Program-made: the position numbers and the translations under genes
Assembly: GCA_051532035.1 (NCBI GenBank)
Contig: JAOPTW010000027.1
Span: forward strand, 32,001-96,000
Length of the DNA stretch: 64,000 bases
Source of the DNA: Fibrobacterales bacterium
Lineage (GTDB): Bacteria; Fibrobacterota; Fibrobacteria; Fibrobacterales; JAOPTW01
Direction of reading: 5' to 3'
Part shown: positions 30,980 through 41,549 of the stretch, one piece after another
Layout: every line of letters starts with the position of its first letter
Position numbering within the stretch: position 1 is the stretch's first letter
Notes under the pieces: model-generated
Database searches by the model: none
What the model was told of the DNA's origin: nothing
What the model saw: only the letters and a program-made list of their open reading frames with translations

Positions 30980-33900
30980 ATGCAGACTACTGCTTTAGTT
31001 ATTCTATTGTTATTGACCTCTGGCCTTTTCGCCAAGCTTCCTGTCTATTTCGAAAACTTCGAGAATCTTACTACTGCTTCCAATGACTGGAGTATAAACA
31101 GTAGTTATGGCTGGGAGATAGGTAAACCGACTTATCCTTCAGGTCCAGAAGCTGTTTGGGGTGATAATGTTGCCGGACTTCGACTTACTCAATCTACCTC
31201 CTCTGGATCATTTACTCTCACTTCCCCCCAAATTACTCTTCCAACCTCTAGCAACCTTCAACTCGATTTTAACTATTGGTCTAGGCTCTATAATTCTAAC
31301 GAATTGCAAGTAAACATATATACTGCAGGTACTTGGAAAACGATTATCTCAACTCTCTCTTCAAATACATCGAACCAATGGAAGAGAGTCTCCTATGATC
31401 TCTCACTCTATGCAGGGACAAATATTAAACTCCGTTTTATTACAAATGTCAGCTATTCAAGCTACCCCTATCCTGGTGCATATATTGACAATATCATCAT
31501 CACTGCGGACCCCAGTTACACACTCCACAGTGGGATAACTCAATCAGGAACAATGCACCCTTCAAACGTTAGAAACAATGTCACCAGAACTTCAATCTAT
31601 GCAACACCACTTAATGGACATGTATTTGACCAATGGACTTCAAAACAGGGTGCGACATTTGGCGACTCCAAGCAATCAGCCACAACGGTCACCCTCTCTG
31701 CAACAGACACCATCACACCCCTCTTTAAAGTCGCCCCCATGACGCCCCTTACCGAAACACCAGAAACCCTCCACTTTACAAACAATGCCTTTGACTCAAA
31801 TGCATCAAATGGTATTTGGACAACATTTACTGCTCCAAAAGCAGGGAGATATCGATTTAATTATGACGCAACTACGACTACAACAATTTACTCTGTTGCA
31901 GTCTACTCAAGCTCTCTTCTTTCAACCCCTACCCCTAATTACACAAGTGTTACGAATTTTGGAAGTAATGGTATCACTGCAGATTCAGCAGGGCACACGT
32001 TCTATTTTAACACCATAGCATCAACTACTAGTTCAGCCTACGCGAATAGATATATTAAACTTTCAGTTAAACCAGAAGTCACCCTCACCCTCGCTATAGC
32101 TGGATCTGGCGCTGTTGGTGCCGTAGCCCCTTCAACCACCGTATTCTCATCTGGAGACAGTAGTCAAGTTACCGCTCTCCCTCAATTTGGTTGGGAATTT
32201 GAGAGGTGGTCGGTCGATACCGTTGATAGCAAAACCAAAGCAACTATCAGAAAACCAATTACCTCTACGACCTATGTCGTTGTTGATTCATCTACCACCA
32301 TGACGGCACATTTTACTCATAAACCAATCGACAACACTCTGTTAGCTACCAATGAACCATTTAATTTTAAGGATGATGCTAAGGATGATGATGATTTTGT
32401 ATTCTTTAAATATACAGCGCCCACAAATGGCGACTATGTGGTTACCTATCAAAGCAACAGTATTTTTGCAGACACCCTCATTGTATATAGTGACTCACTC
32501 TACACCAACATCCTTTCTAAAAACGTTTGTAGCTGCCCGATACTATTCTCCTCAAAACTATCTCTTACCCTAGATTTGACCTATTATATCAAAATTGCTC
32601 CCAAAAAGGGCTCAACTCCTGATAGGGATTTCACCATTTCTGCAGACACTAGCGTTACGGTTGCGATTGGCCCCACAACCCACGGGAGTGCAGAGTTTAA
32701 CCCTACAGGATTACATAATGATACTGTCGCAATTTCTGATGACGACATTCTAACCATTACGGCGATACCAAACCTCTCATTCACATTCTCCTCTTGGGTA
32801 TCAAGCAAAGAATTGGCTACAAGTTTTAATGATGAGATGGACAACCCCACATTCTTCATTACTACCGAAGATGCGATAATCACTCCCCTGTTCACTTATG
32901 AAGAGCCCCATATTTTTAACACCCCCGACACCATATTCTCTTTCGCTGAAGATGCATTTGAGGGAAACTATTCAAAAGGTGTACTCATAAAATACCCTAT
33001 TGTTGATTCTGGTTACTCACTCCTTACCTTTGAAGATACTACCAGCTCAAATCGCATTTTCACCGTACTAGAGGCTTCTGATTCAACTTTTTTAACAGCG
33101 CTCAAAGGAAAATCAAGTTCTAATACAGTAATCCTTCCTCATTTTACTACTCAGATCAAGGACTCAACGTATTATAGAGTTTTCGCATCAACTACCGCCC
33201 TGGATAGTTTCACCATCACTGCAGAAAAGGCTGTTGGCATTAGAACGTTTGTCAATGGATCCCCAGCCCTTGGATCTATAAACATTAACCCCACTTATAT
33301 CACTTATGAAGGACCACTCAGTGACACAATCGTAGCCCTCCCCAAAGAAGAAGTCACACTTACCGCCGATGCTATAGACGGCTTCTCTTTTAGTCATTGG
33401 AGTACCGCGTATGCATCTCCTATAGCATTCGACACTACCGGTAAAGCAGTCACCCTTTCAACTGACTCATCAATATCAGTTACGGCACACTTTAAGAGAA
33501 CCACACCTCATGTCATTACAGATAGTGCACAGACCTATAACTATACAAATGACGCATCAGACCAAAACTGGGACGATGGATGTTATTTTATCTATCGAGC
33601 CCCTACCACTGGAGAGTACGAATTGCTCCTTAATAATTACGGGAAAAACTCTTCTAAATACCTCTACCACTACACAGATACAACCTATACAACAACAGCA
33701 TCATCGTACACTCGAAGAACCAGCCTCATTATAAAATCATTAACCGCCACTACCAAAGATCAAGCTTTCTATTTTAAAGTTAAGCCATCTTCTGGTGATA
33801 CCGCACTCAACTTTGAAATTCAGGCCCTCAGAAAACTTACTATCGCACTCACTACCGACACCACAAAAGCTACAGGAACGGTACAAAACATTACTGTAAG

Positions 33901-36052
33901 TCATAGTCAAGGGGACACCATCCCCATTCATGCTTATCCCAGTAAAGGACATGGATTTGATAAGTGGATTGTCATTTCTGGCAACCCAACTGTGATAGAT
34001 TCAACCGACCCAAATACAGAGATCATTTTGGGTGATCAACACATCACCCTAAAGGCAACCTTCAAACTCGACTCCATAAACACTGCTCACGAAAAACCCC
34101 AAGAGTATCAATACTACAATGACTCTAAAAAGAATCTTTACACTCAGGAGGGGATCTGGTTTAAATATCAAGTACAGATCCCCGGACCGCAACTCATATC
34201 TATCACCAGTAATGACGACACCTATAACCGCTTCGTATATTACGGACTCGACTCCACCTTTTCGCTCCCCGACAGTGTAGAAATTAAGCAAGATGGAAGC
34301 TTCTATCATTCTTTCAGTGGAGTTAAAGGCGAGATACACTATTTTAGACTCACCACGAACGCGTCAAGCTATCGTGACACCTTTATCCTAAAGGCACAAA
34401 AATCATCAGCAATTACGACTACAGCTACAGCAGGTGGCTCACTGCAATACAAACCAACCATAGAGGATGATGCAGCACTCAAACCTGAAGATGAGTTTTT
34501 CTTAACAACACCTCTCTCATTTGTTGCAACACCCGAAACCGGTTATCAGTTTTCTCACTGGGAAGTAACGGGTCTCGGTTCTATCGGCGATCAATACTCT
34601 ACCGCTACCATTATTATACCCATCACTGATATAAACGTTACTGCTCATTTCAAAGAGACGGACAAATTTACCATCACAACCAAACCATTGCGCTATAACT
34701 ACACCGACCACGCTGCGGCTGGTGACCCTCGCAATGGAGTCTGGTTCACCTTTACCGCGCCTCATACGGCAAAATACATCGTGACAATAGACGACCCCTC
34801 AGAAGAGATGCTGTCAGACAAGATTTTCTATCACTACTCAGATTCAACCTTCACCTCTTATATCGGTAAAGAATCCGGCATTAAAGATGAAGACCACACC
34901 TTTGAAGCACTCGCAGGAGAGACCTATTACTTTATGGCAACGGTCAAAAAAGCCGAAGAGTACAACAAAGATTTTATCATTTTTATCAAAGGACGCTATA
35001 GTGCTTTTACCCTCTATTCTACAAGTTTTGAACCAGAGTATACTCCTATAGGTGCTAGTAAGCCTCTTAATTTTAGGGCCACAGGATCTTGGGAAATGGG
35101 CCCCGCCTCTCTTGATGCAGGGCCTGACGAAACCTTTGATGGCGTTCAACTTGCTGGTACAACAATTAATGGGCCTTATGGTAATACTGTCAGCGATTCT
35201 CTAAGAGTAGACTTCCTTATCTTACCAGAGTTCGACGATATCGAACTCTCTTTTGCACACTGGTTTGAAGCAGAAGAAAATCGCGATATTGGGAGAGTTA
35301 TGGTAAAAGAAAATAGTGCCACCGAATGGGAAAAAGTCTCTTCTTCTAATAGTTCAAAAACAAAATGGAACATACGCACCATAGACCTGGGCGACTATGC
35401 AGGCGATACTATCTCACTTCTTTTTGTTTTTGACTCTGACGACATTCTCACTTTTGATGGATGGTATATTGACGACATAGCTATTGCCCTCATGATGGAT
35501 GATACTATTGGCCCCCTAGGCGAAAGCTCTATTGACCCCACTACTATCCCGATCATTCCAGGAGGCCCTAATGACCCTTCAGTTATCTCAGGCGAGGCAG
35601 GAACCGGTAATCCGGGTGACACAGAGACACCGACAGGCCCTGCAGCAATTCCTCCACGCGGTTCAGGTGGCTTCCACCCCGACCCCAACGGAGGCGAATG
35701 GGTTACCATTGGCCTTGATACTGTTGCCCACATCGACACAACAAGAGGCGACACATTACCACTTAATAAAGAAGGCCTACCATCAATTCAAGCAATAAAA
35801 GATAGTATTGCAGTACTTGATAGTATCGCACCTATCACCCCACATTTTTCAAGTCGGTTTTCTTCACTCTCTATTATTCCCCACGGTACCAGTACAATAG
35901 GCGTACCAATACATGCACGCCTCATTACACTCTATTCTCTTGATGGGTCTGTGGTATATCATTCTCCAATCAATGGAGCCCAAGAGAGCATTTTCGAAAT
36001 TCCGATGAGTGTTCGCACCGGCTCAATACTGTTCATGGAAATTGAAGAATAA
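30980..36052 (+). CDS. Large secreted modular beta-sandwich protein (adhesin-like)
   Basis: Signal peptide; two MAM/immune-inhibitor-A-like domains (W...DL..YAG..I.L.F...G.YIDxI); six alternating AxPxxGxxFxxW and F.YxAPxxGxY modules; Pro/Gly linker; C-terminal LYSLDG domain. Confidence 0.85.
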   Translation: MQTTALVILLLLTSGLFAKLPVYFENFENLTTASNDWSINSSYGWEIGKPTYPSGPEAVWGDNVAGLRLTQSTSSGSFTLTSPQITLPTSSNLQLDFNYWSRLYNSNELQVNIYTAGTWKTIISTLSSNTSNQWKRVSYDLSLYAGTNIKLRFITNVSYSSYPYPGAYIDNIIITADPSYTLHSGITQSGTMHPSNVRNNVTRTSIYATPLNGHVFDQWTSKQGATFGDSKQSATTVTLSATDTITPLFKVAPMTPLTETPETLHFTNNAFDSNASNGIWTTFTAPKAGRYRFNYDATTTTTIYSVAVYSSSLLSTPTPNYTSVTNFGSNGITADSAGHTFYFNTIASTTSSAYANRYIKLSVKPEVTLTLAIAGSGAVGAVAPSTTVFSSGDSSQVTALPQFGWEFERWSVDTVDSKTKATIRKPITSTTYVVVDSSTTMTAHFTHKPIDNTLLATNEPFNFKDDAKDDDDFVFFKYTAPTNGDYVVTYQSNSIFADTLIVYSDSLYTNILSKNVCSCPILFSSKLSLTLDLTYYIKIAPKKGSTPDRDFTISADTSVTVAIGPTTHGSAEFNPTGLHNDTVAISDDDILTITAIPNLSFTFSSWVSSKELATSFNDEMDNPTFFITTEDAIITPLFTYEEPHIFNTPDTIFSFAEDAFEGNYSKGVLIKYPIVDSGYSLLTFEDTTSSNRIFTVLEASDSTFLTALKGKSSSNTVILPHFTTQIKDSTYYRVFASTTALDSFTITAEKAVGIRTFVNGSPALGSININPTYITYEGPLSDTIVALPKEEVTLTADAIDGFSFSHWSTAYASPIAFDTTGKAVTLSTDSSISVTAHFKRTTPHVITDSAQTYNYTNDASDQNWDDGCYFIYRAPTTGEYELLLNNYGKNSSKYLYHYTDTTYTTTASSYTRRTSLIIKSLTATTKDQAFYFKVKPSSGDTALNFEIQALRKLTIALTTDTTKATGTVQNITVSHSQGDTIPIHAYPSKGHGFDKWIVISGNPTVIDSTDPNTEIILGDQHITLKATFKLDSINTAHEKPQEYQYYNDSKKNLYTQEGIWFKYQVQIPGPQLISITSNDDTYNRFVYYGLDSTFSLPDSVEIKQDGSFYHSFSGVKGEIHYFRLTTNASSYRDTFILKAQKSSAITTTATAGGSLQYKPTIEDDAALKPEDEFFLTTPLSFVATPETGYQFSHWEVTGLGSIGDQYSTATIIIPITDINVTAHFKETDKFTITTKPLRYNYTDHAAAGDPRNGVWFTFTAPHTAKYIVTIDDPSEEMLSDKIFYHYSDSTFTSYIGKESGIKDEDHTFEALAGETYYFMATVKKAEEYNKDFIIFIKGRYSAFTLYSTSFEPEYTPIGASKPLNFRATGSWEMGPASLDAGPDETFDGVQLAGTTINGPYGNTVSDSLRVDFLILPEFDDIELSFAHWFEAEENRDIGRVMVKENSATEWEKVSSSNSSKTKWNIRTIDLGDYAGDTISLLFVFDSDDILTFDGWYIDDIAIALMMDDTIGPLGESSIDPTTIPIIPGGPNDPSVISGEAGTGNPGDTETPTGPAAIPPRGSGGFHPDPNGGEWVTIGLDTVAHIDTTRGDTLPLNKEGLPSIQAIKDSIAVLDSIAPITPHFSSRFSSLSIIPHGTSTIGVPIHARLITLYSLDGSVVYHSPINGAQESIFEIPMSVRTGSILFMEIEE

Positions 36053-36069
36053 CGGTTTAAGTAACAAAA

Positions 36070-36109
36070 ATCAACCACTACACAGAAACTAATCTCTGTA
36101 GTGGTTGAT
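36070..36109. terminator. Terminator-like hairpin between convergent genes
   Basis: ATCAACCACTACA...TGTAGTGGTTGAT 13-bp stem. Confidence 0.75.
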
Positions 36110-36156
36110 CATCTCTTCACTATAATTGGAAGAGAATAATACTATATAAATTCTTT

Positions 36157-36459
36157 TTAATAGAAGCGCGGTGTGTCATCACCGGTCAGTATATGATAAC
36201 CGAGTGTAACCGCTTTTGTAATCCTTGACTCTTGATCCCCTTTACGAAACGGCATCTCTTCTTGGCACACAGAAAGTACAATACAATCTGAGTCATCACA
36301 ATCGACACGACCATCTAAATCAGTATCAATACCATCCATACACAAAGCAGCTGAACTCTCCTGACGAAAGTCAACATCTGATTTCATACCGGTGCCCATA
36401 CTGATTAATACCGTAATAAGCAGTCCGGCAATAGCAATTACAGCCGTATAGCATTTCAT
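36157..36459 (-). CDS. Small exported protein with a Cys/Asp metal-binding-like motif
   Basis: N-terminal hydrophobic segment; CMDGIDTDLDGRVDCDDSDC. Confidence 0.7.
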   Translation of the reverse strand: MKCYTAVIAIAGLLITVLISMGTGMKSDVDFRQESSAALCMDGIDTDLDGRVDCDDSDCIVLSVCQEEMPFRKGDQESRITKAVTLGYHILTGDDTPRFY

Positions 36460-36884
36460 GTTTCTTCTTCACTCGTTGTGCGAGAATAGGGGTGATACTA
36501 CCCGTGATTTGAGACAAAGATACATTCCTCTCAGACCTCAAACCAGTCGTAATCCCATAAAGGCCAACACTTTACACAAACTTAACAGTGTAAATTATTA
36601 ATTTTCTCTGCGCTCAATTTTATCACTTTACATTGCACTTACTATCACATCCAGAGCATTCCCTATCCCACTCTATAAATCTTAAGCAACCCACAGCCCC
36701 TCCAATTCCAATAAACCCGTAAACTCGAGAGTATACCACAAAACATCTACACTTCTCAATATCTACTTATTATCAATATCGATAGAACGGGTAATCACAT
36801 TTTTACCAAATGCGACTTATCACTTTTTTACAGTGTAAATTTTTATTACATTGCGATCAAAGCTGAATAATAAGGCAGGACTCC

Positions 36885-37265
36885 ATGAATAGATATCTTG
36901 GTATCAGTATAGTGTTTATCATCCTTTTCCTCGTGGTTAAGGCTCAGTTTATGGACGACCCTCAGCCAGCCCACTTTGATAACAAACCCAACAAAACACA
37001 TCTCTATGTCACAAGCGATTCGTTAGCCGCACACTTAGGAACAGATCCTAATAGTGGCACCATAGATCACTATCTCAGTTACCGTGATCGAATTAAAATT
37101 CACGAACGGAAAAATGACTGGGTCCGCTTTACTCATTACTTTGAGGGTAAAAAACTTGGACTAAATGGCGATGCTGCCTTTTGGATCAATGAAGCATTTC
37201 TCAGCAGAGTACAACCTCCCGCTAAAGAGAGCCCAACGATTGATAGTGTTGATGTAGTAGAGTAA
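36885..37265 (+). CDS. Membrane-anchored protein with possible bacterial SH3-like domain
   Basis: AGGA RBS; N-terminal TM; LYVT.D.L..H..P..G....L.YRDRIKIHE....WVR. Confidence 0.7.
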   Translation: MNRYLGISIVFIILFLVVKAQFMDDPQPAHFDNKPNKTHLYVTSDSLAAHLGTDPNSGTIDHYLSYRDRIKIHERKNDWVRFTHYFEGKKLGLNGDAAFWINEAFLSRVQPPAKESPTIDSVDVVE

Positions 37266-37397
37266 CTACTCAAGAGCATCGCTATAAACCCATTACAAAT
37301 ACAGATTTGAATCAAATACCCAAGACCCCGCATCATTTAAAAAAAGACAGTATCGTCGGAGTAACTATTTTTTACGTTATTACTAAAAAGGTACACG

Positions 37398-37775
37398 ATG
37401 GATATTCGATACGGGATAATTGCAGCGCTCTTTGGTGCGTTTGGAGTGGTGATAGGGGCATTTGGTGCTCATGGACTTAAAAACATATTAAACCACCACC
37501 AGACCCTCGAAACATTCCAAACGGGGGTGCAGTACCAATTTTACCACACCTTTGCCCTCTTTACTATTGCCCTCTGCATAAAGCTTTACCCCCACCCAAT
37601 GCTCAATTGGGCAGCCATCTCAATGATCGCTGGTATCATCCTCTTTTCAGGATCTCTCTATATTCTCAGCCTTACGGGCATTAAGGTTTGGGGAGCCGTT
37701 ACTCCCTTTGGTGGACTCTTATTAATTATAGGATGGGCTCTTCTTGGACTATCTCTTTTCAAGCAACACCAATAA
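37398..37775 (+). CDS. DUF423 (YgdD/TMEM256) membrane protein
   Basis: GAFGAHGL, TGVQYQFYH, LFSGSLY, GAVTPFGG. Confidence 0.93.
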   Translation: MDIRYGIIAALFGAFGVVIGAFGAHGLKNILNHHQTLETFQTGVQYQFYHTFALFTIALCIKLYPHPMLNWAAISMIAGIILFSGSLYILSLTGIKVWGAVTPFGGLLLIIGWALLGLSLFKQHQ

Positions 37776-37806
37776 CAATCAATGATCATGACAAAATACA
37801 ATACAT

Positions 37807-37846
37807 AAAAAAGCAGCCTAGAGTTCTACTCTAGGCTGCTTTTTTT
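37807..37846. terminator. Bidirectional terminator
   Basis: AAAAAAGCAGCCTAGAGT-TCT-ACTCTAGGCTGCTTTTTTT. Confidence 0.9.
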
Positions 37847-37874
37847 AGATTTATTCAGTACTACTCTATAGCTA

Positions 37875-38903
37875 TTATGGTACCGTTGTACTTGATGAGC
37901 TTAAAAGTGGCTCAGCAGCATCATAAAATGCTTGCGCCTCGACAAGACCCTCTTCAACAGTTTCGATGAAAGTACATCCATTTTTATCAGTATCACGACA
38001 TTCACTACCACCAAACTTTTCATAGCGAACTCTCCATGGGTCTATAGTATAGTCCGATACACCATTTATAACATTCGTTCCATCTTCATCTGTCGTTCTG
38101 TAAAACATGATGTATTGTCCAACATCTTTTAAGAGGTACGTAATTTGATGAAGCTTCTTCTCTGCATCAAAGAGATAGAGAATTTGTTTGTACATTTCAT
38201 ACGGGCTTTTCGTAGCCTGTCCATCAATTTGAATCTGATAAGGAAACATTCCAGCTACACCATCAAGAAAGTAACTGACAAACCCCATAGGTGGGCGCGT
38301 GTTACTTACCATAAGATTGAATCTACGCTCATGAGTCGCATTTACGGTGGTTTCTTTGCCATCCGCATCTTTTACAGTATATGTCCTAATTACATCTTTA
38401 TCCATTTTAATACTACGAGCACCTTCAATAATAATACCACCAATATTGAGAACACCATTTTCGATTACCAAAGTAGAATCACCAAGAGCATTTTCATGAG
38501 ACTCAGGAATGCTACTCGAAAGTGATTCGTCACTCGAATCGTTATCTGATGAAGACTCATTCAATGATGATGAGCTTTCTCCTTTTGAGCTGCTTGACTC
38601 TAAAACAGAGCTCGTATCATCTTCACTACTTTCAATTGTATCTGATGATTCTTCCTCTTTATTCTCTTCAGAAGAGTCAGTATCGATAGGATCGCCACCA
38701 ACATCTGAACTTTCATCAATAGCTCCATCTGAGCTTTCAACGGTATCTCCACCATTTTGGCTATTGTTCTCATTATCACTTGATAGTTCAGTCTCCGAAC
38801 TACTTTCATTTTCTGAAATATCAGGTGATGTTTGTGCATCATCTGAACAATTAAAGAGTGCTACAGCTGCAGCAATAAAACATGCGTGTTTAAAAAATTT
38901 CAT
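37875..38903 (-). CDS. Lipoprotein with acidic Ser-rich linker and unknown C-terminal domain
   Basis: Lipobox LFNC; ESS-rich low-complexity region. Confidence 0.8.
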   Translation of the reverse strand: MKFFKHACFIAAAVALFNCSDDAQTSPDISENESSSETELSSDNENNSQNGGDTVESSDGAIDESSDVGGDPIDTDSSEENKEEESSDTIESSEDDTSSVLESSSSKGESSSSLNESSSDNDSSDESLSSSIPESHENALGDSTLVIENGVLNIGGIIIEGARSIKMDKDVIRTYTVKDADGKETTVNATHERRFNLMVSNTRPPMGFVSYFLDGVAGMFPYQIQIDGQATKSPYEMYKQILYLFDAEKKLHQITYLLKDVGQYIMFYRTTDEDGTNVINGVSDYTIDPWRVRYEKFGGSECRDTDKNGCTFIETVEEGLVEAQAFYDAAEPLLSSSSTTVP

Positions 38904-39235
38904 AATTCCCCCCAGAATTATATGAGAAGCTCAGCACCAGTATTAGTGATAGTCTTCACTATAGAGCCCTCTGAATGTATATGTGCACCTTAAATCTATT
39001 AACGAAGGAGAAAATCCGCATAGAATCCCTCTATCCAGCTACCTGTTTTAGCGATATCTGTTCACTAACTGTTCTTCTACACGCAATAACAACCTCTATG
39101 CCCGTTTTTGTACTTTTGAGCACTCTCCACAATGGTCCCTACTATTCTCATTTTTTTACTCTTAATCATTGCATCCACATTTTTTGAATGATACACTGGT
39201 TACACAAATATGTTTTACACCTACAAAGGAATACC

Positions 39236-39499
39236 ATGAGTTTAATTGAGTACAATGAATTTTGGAACCAAGTACAAAACCTCCTCAAAACGATTAAATG
39301 CGAAAACACCCCACTTGATTACCAGCTCTATGCTGTTGAAGAAGATGATGAACTCAATACTGTAGTTCTATCTCATTACGAAGAGAAGCTCGATCTCCTC
39401 AAATTCGATATGGTTGATACACTCCCTATCAATATTGCCTATCACAGACTCATGACCCTTTCACATTCGATTAAATCATTTTTTAAAGTCGCCTGCTAG
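39236..39499 (+). CDS. Hypothetical protein
   Basis: AAGGA RBS before ATG at 39236 (MSLIEYNEFW...); 87 aa. Confidence 0.65.
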   Translation: MSLIEYNEFWNQVQNLLKTIKCENTPLDYQLYAVEEDDELNTVVLSHYEEKLDLLKFDMVDTLPINIAYHRLMTLSHSIKSFFKVAC

Positions 39500-39647
39500 C
39501 CACGTATCTTTAAGATACATGCGATTATACCCTGCCCCCCATTAAATCCATTTTTGGGGGGCTCATTCACATAAACTATTGTGAATAGCAATAAAAATGG
39601 AATATATTAAATAGGCTATTATACCACTCTGCTCGAATTGAGGCCTA

Positions 39648-39782
39648 ATGTATATTCTATTTATTGTATCAATGACTGCTCTCTGTTGTATCTGTTGCTC
39701 TGATTATGATGGCTCTGCTCTTTCCAATTCAATACATCCATCCTCTCAAGAACAGACTTTTGAGCCTCCAAAACCTCAATAA
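39648..39782 (+). CDS. Possible 44-aa small peptide with a CCICC motif
   Basis: GAGG RBS; MYILFIVSMTALCCICCSDYDGSALSNSIHPSSQEQTFEPPKPQ; below the ORF-track cutoff. Confidence 0.35.
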   Translation: MYILFIVSMTALCCICCSDYDGSALSNSIHPSSQEQTFEPPKPQ

Positions 39783-39800
39783 CATATTCTGATTCAATTC

Positions 39801-40214
39801 CTAATGTACATCACTCTTTGCTAAGAGTACTGCAACCTCTTTTACAATAGCAATATCTGCTGCAGCCCACTCTACACACCATAATTCAGCATGAGACAAC
39901 CACCGAAGCTCTTCGTGTTCATGGAGAATAATTTTGACAATTGTCGATTGTGTAACGGCACAAATAAACGGGCAGAGCAGTATGTGAGGTCCATCAGTAT
40001 AATGCCATTTAACCGGTGATAGAGCACGCTCAACGAGGACATCGATTCCCAGTTCCTCGGCAATCTCTCGTTCAACGGATGCGGCATGGTTTTCACCCTG
40101 CTCAACTTTCCCCCCAGGAAACTCCCAAAAACCCGCCATTTTCATAGCAGTTCCACGTTTAACAGCCAAAAGCTTCCCATTATCGATTATTACTGCACAG
40201 GTAACGGTAATCAC
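39801..40214 (-). CDS. NUDIX hydrolase, MutT/NudG-like
   Basis: WEFPGGKVEQGE...REIAEELGI Nudix box; WAAAD. Confidence 0.9.
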   Translation of the reverse strand: MITVTCAVIIDNGKLLAVKRGTAMKMAGFWEFPGGKVEQGENHAASVEREIAEELGIDVLVERALSPVKWHYTDGPHILLCPFICAVTQSTIVKIILHEHEELRWLSHAELWCVEWAAADIAIVKEVAVLLAKSDVH

Positions 40215-40283
40215 ATAATCCTCATACTTGCTACAAGACCCTTTAGAATCATTGCACTCATAAAAAAATAGTACTATAATAAA

Positions 40284-41459
40284 ATGACTATGGCTATTAA
40301 AGAAGTTACCCTCGAAGAGTTAGAAAAAACTCTCACTTGTAGTATCGACGAAGATGGATATGTTGCATCAGTAACAGTCGTTAAAGAGCTCACCCTCAGA
40401 GAAGTCACTCAAGAGTCACTCAAAAAATACCTCAATGAACACGATGTCTGTGTCGGGATTTTACCCTTTGGCTTAAAACGTATTATCAATGGTATAAAAA
40501 AGAGTACCATCGGTGTCCCTACAGTTATCGCCCGGGGAACGCCTAAAGAAGAGAGTATCGAAGGGATATACGCCTCACCTTTTGTTGATAGTGATAAAAA
40601 CAATGCTCCCATTGAAGGCATACGTAAAGTACGCGCAGGTCAAGTAGTCCTCACCTATAAACCTGCTGTACGCGGCAAACCTGGCATACGTATCTCTGGT
40701 GAAATGGACCCCGTAACACCGTTTCCTCTGCATGATAAACCCATACCTGCCTCAAATATTCAAGTAATAGAAGAGAACGACACCACATCATTTATCTCTA
40801 TGCAACATGGGCATGTAGCTATTAACCGAAATAGCTGGTCTATTGAGACAACTTATACTCATGTAGGCCCCTTTACTTCTGACTCAGCCCCCATTAACTT
40901 CCCTGGGGATATCGTTATACGCGGCGATATAGAAGGGGGAACCGACCTGAATGTTAAAGGAAACCTAACCGTGGTAGGCTCAATTAACCGTGGTGCAATG
41001 ATACACACCGATGGAGTCTTGACAGTACAAAAAGAGATAGGATGTGGAGATTCAGGACACTGCAGTGCAGACGTTACGATTATTGCTAAAAGCTGTACCG
41101 GGAGTACCATTAGTTCAAAAGGCGATATTGTCATTCAAAGTATGGTAATGAATAGTACCATTCACTGTGGCGGAACGTTTGCCACTCCCAAAGGGGTCAT
41201 TATGGATAGCACCATCCACACCCTTAAAGGCTGTACCATTCATAGTATTGGCGTTCCCGAAAAAGAGACCCAAAACTGTATCACCGCGGGAGTATTTACC
41301 GACCCCCTCGACCAAGAAGAGACTCGGGCCCCCGATGCACTCATTACCATAACTCACGACATCTACAACACAACCACCCTTATAAACGGCGCAAAACAGC
41401 TCGTTTTTAGTGAACTTACCCACGGACCAACACGGGTGAAGTTTTTTGAAATTGATTAG
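40284..41459 (+). CDS. FapA / DUF342 family protein
   Basis: IARGTP, VRAGQV..Y.P...GKPG, INFPGDIVIRGDI beta-helix; TTGCAC-N17-TATAAT ends 3 nt before 40284, so the true start may be 40290. Confidence 0.8.
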   Translation: MTMAIKEVTLEELEKTLTCSIDEDGYVASVTVVKELTLREVTQESLKKYLNEHDVCVGILPFGLKRIINGIKKSTIGVPTVIARGTPKEESIEGIYASPFVDSDKNNAPIEGIRKVRAGQVVLTYKPAVRGKPGIRISGEMDPVTPFPLHDKPIPASNIQVIEENDTTSFISMQHGHVAINRNSWSIETTYTHVGPFTSDSAPINFPGDIVIRGDIEGGTDLNVKGNLTVVGSINRGAMIHTDGVLTVQKEIGCGDSGHCSADVTIIAKSCTGSTISSKGDIVIQSMVMNSTIHCGGTFATPKGVIMDSTIHTLKGCTIHSIGVPEKETQNCITAGVFTDPLDQEETRAPDALITITHDIYNTTTLINGAKQLVFSELTHGPTRVKFFEID

Positions 41460-41549
41460 CAAACAACTCTCACTCACTCATGAATAAGAAACCTCTCCCA
41501 AAAGGTTCTTTACTATCTTTTCCCCGATATAATTCGTTTCTTGGATACT

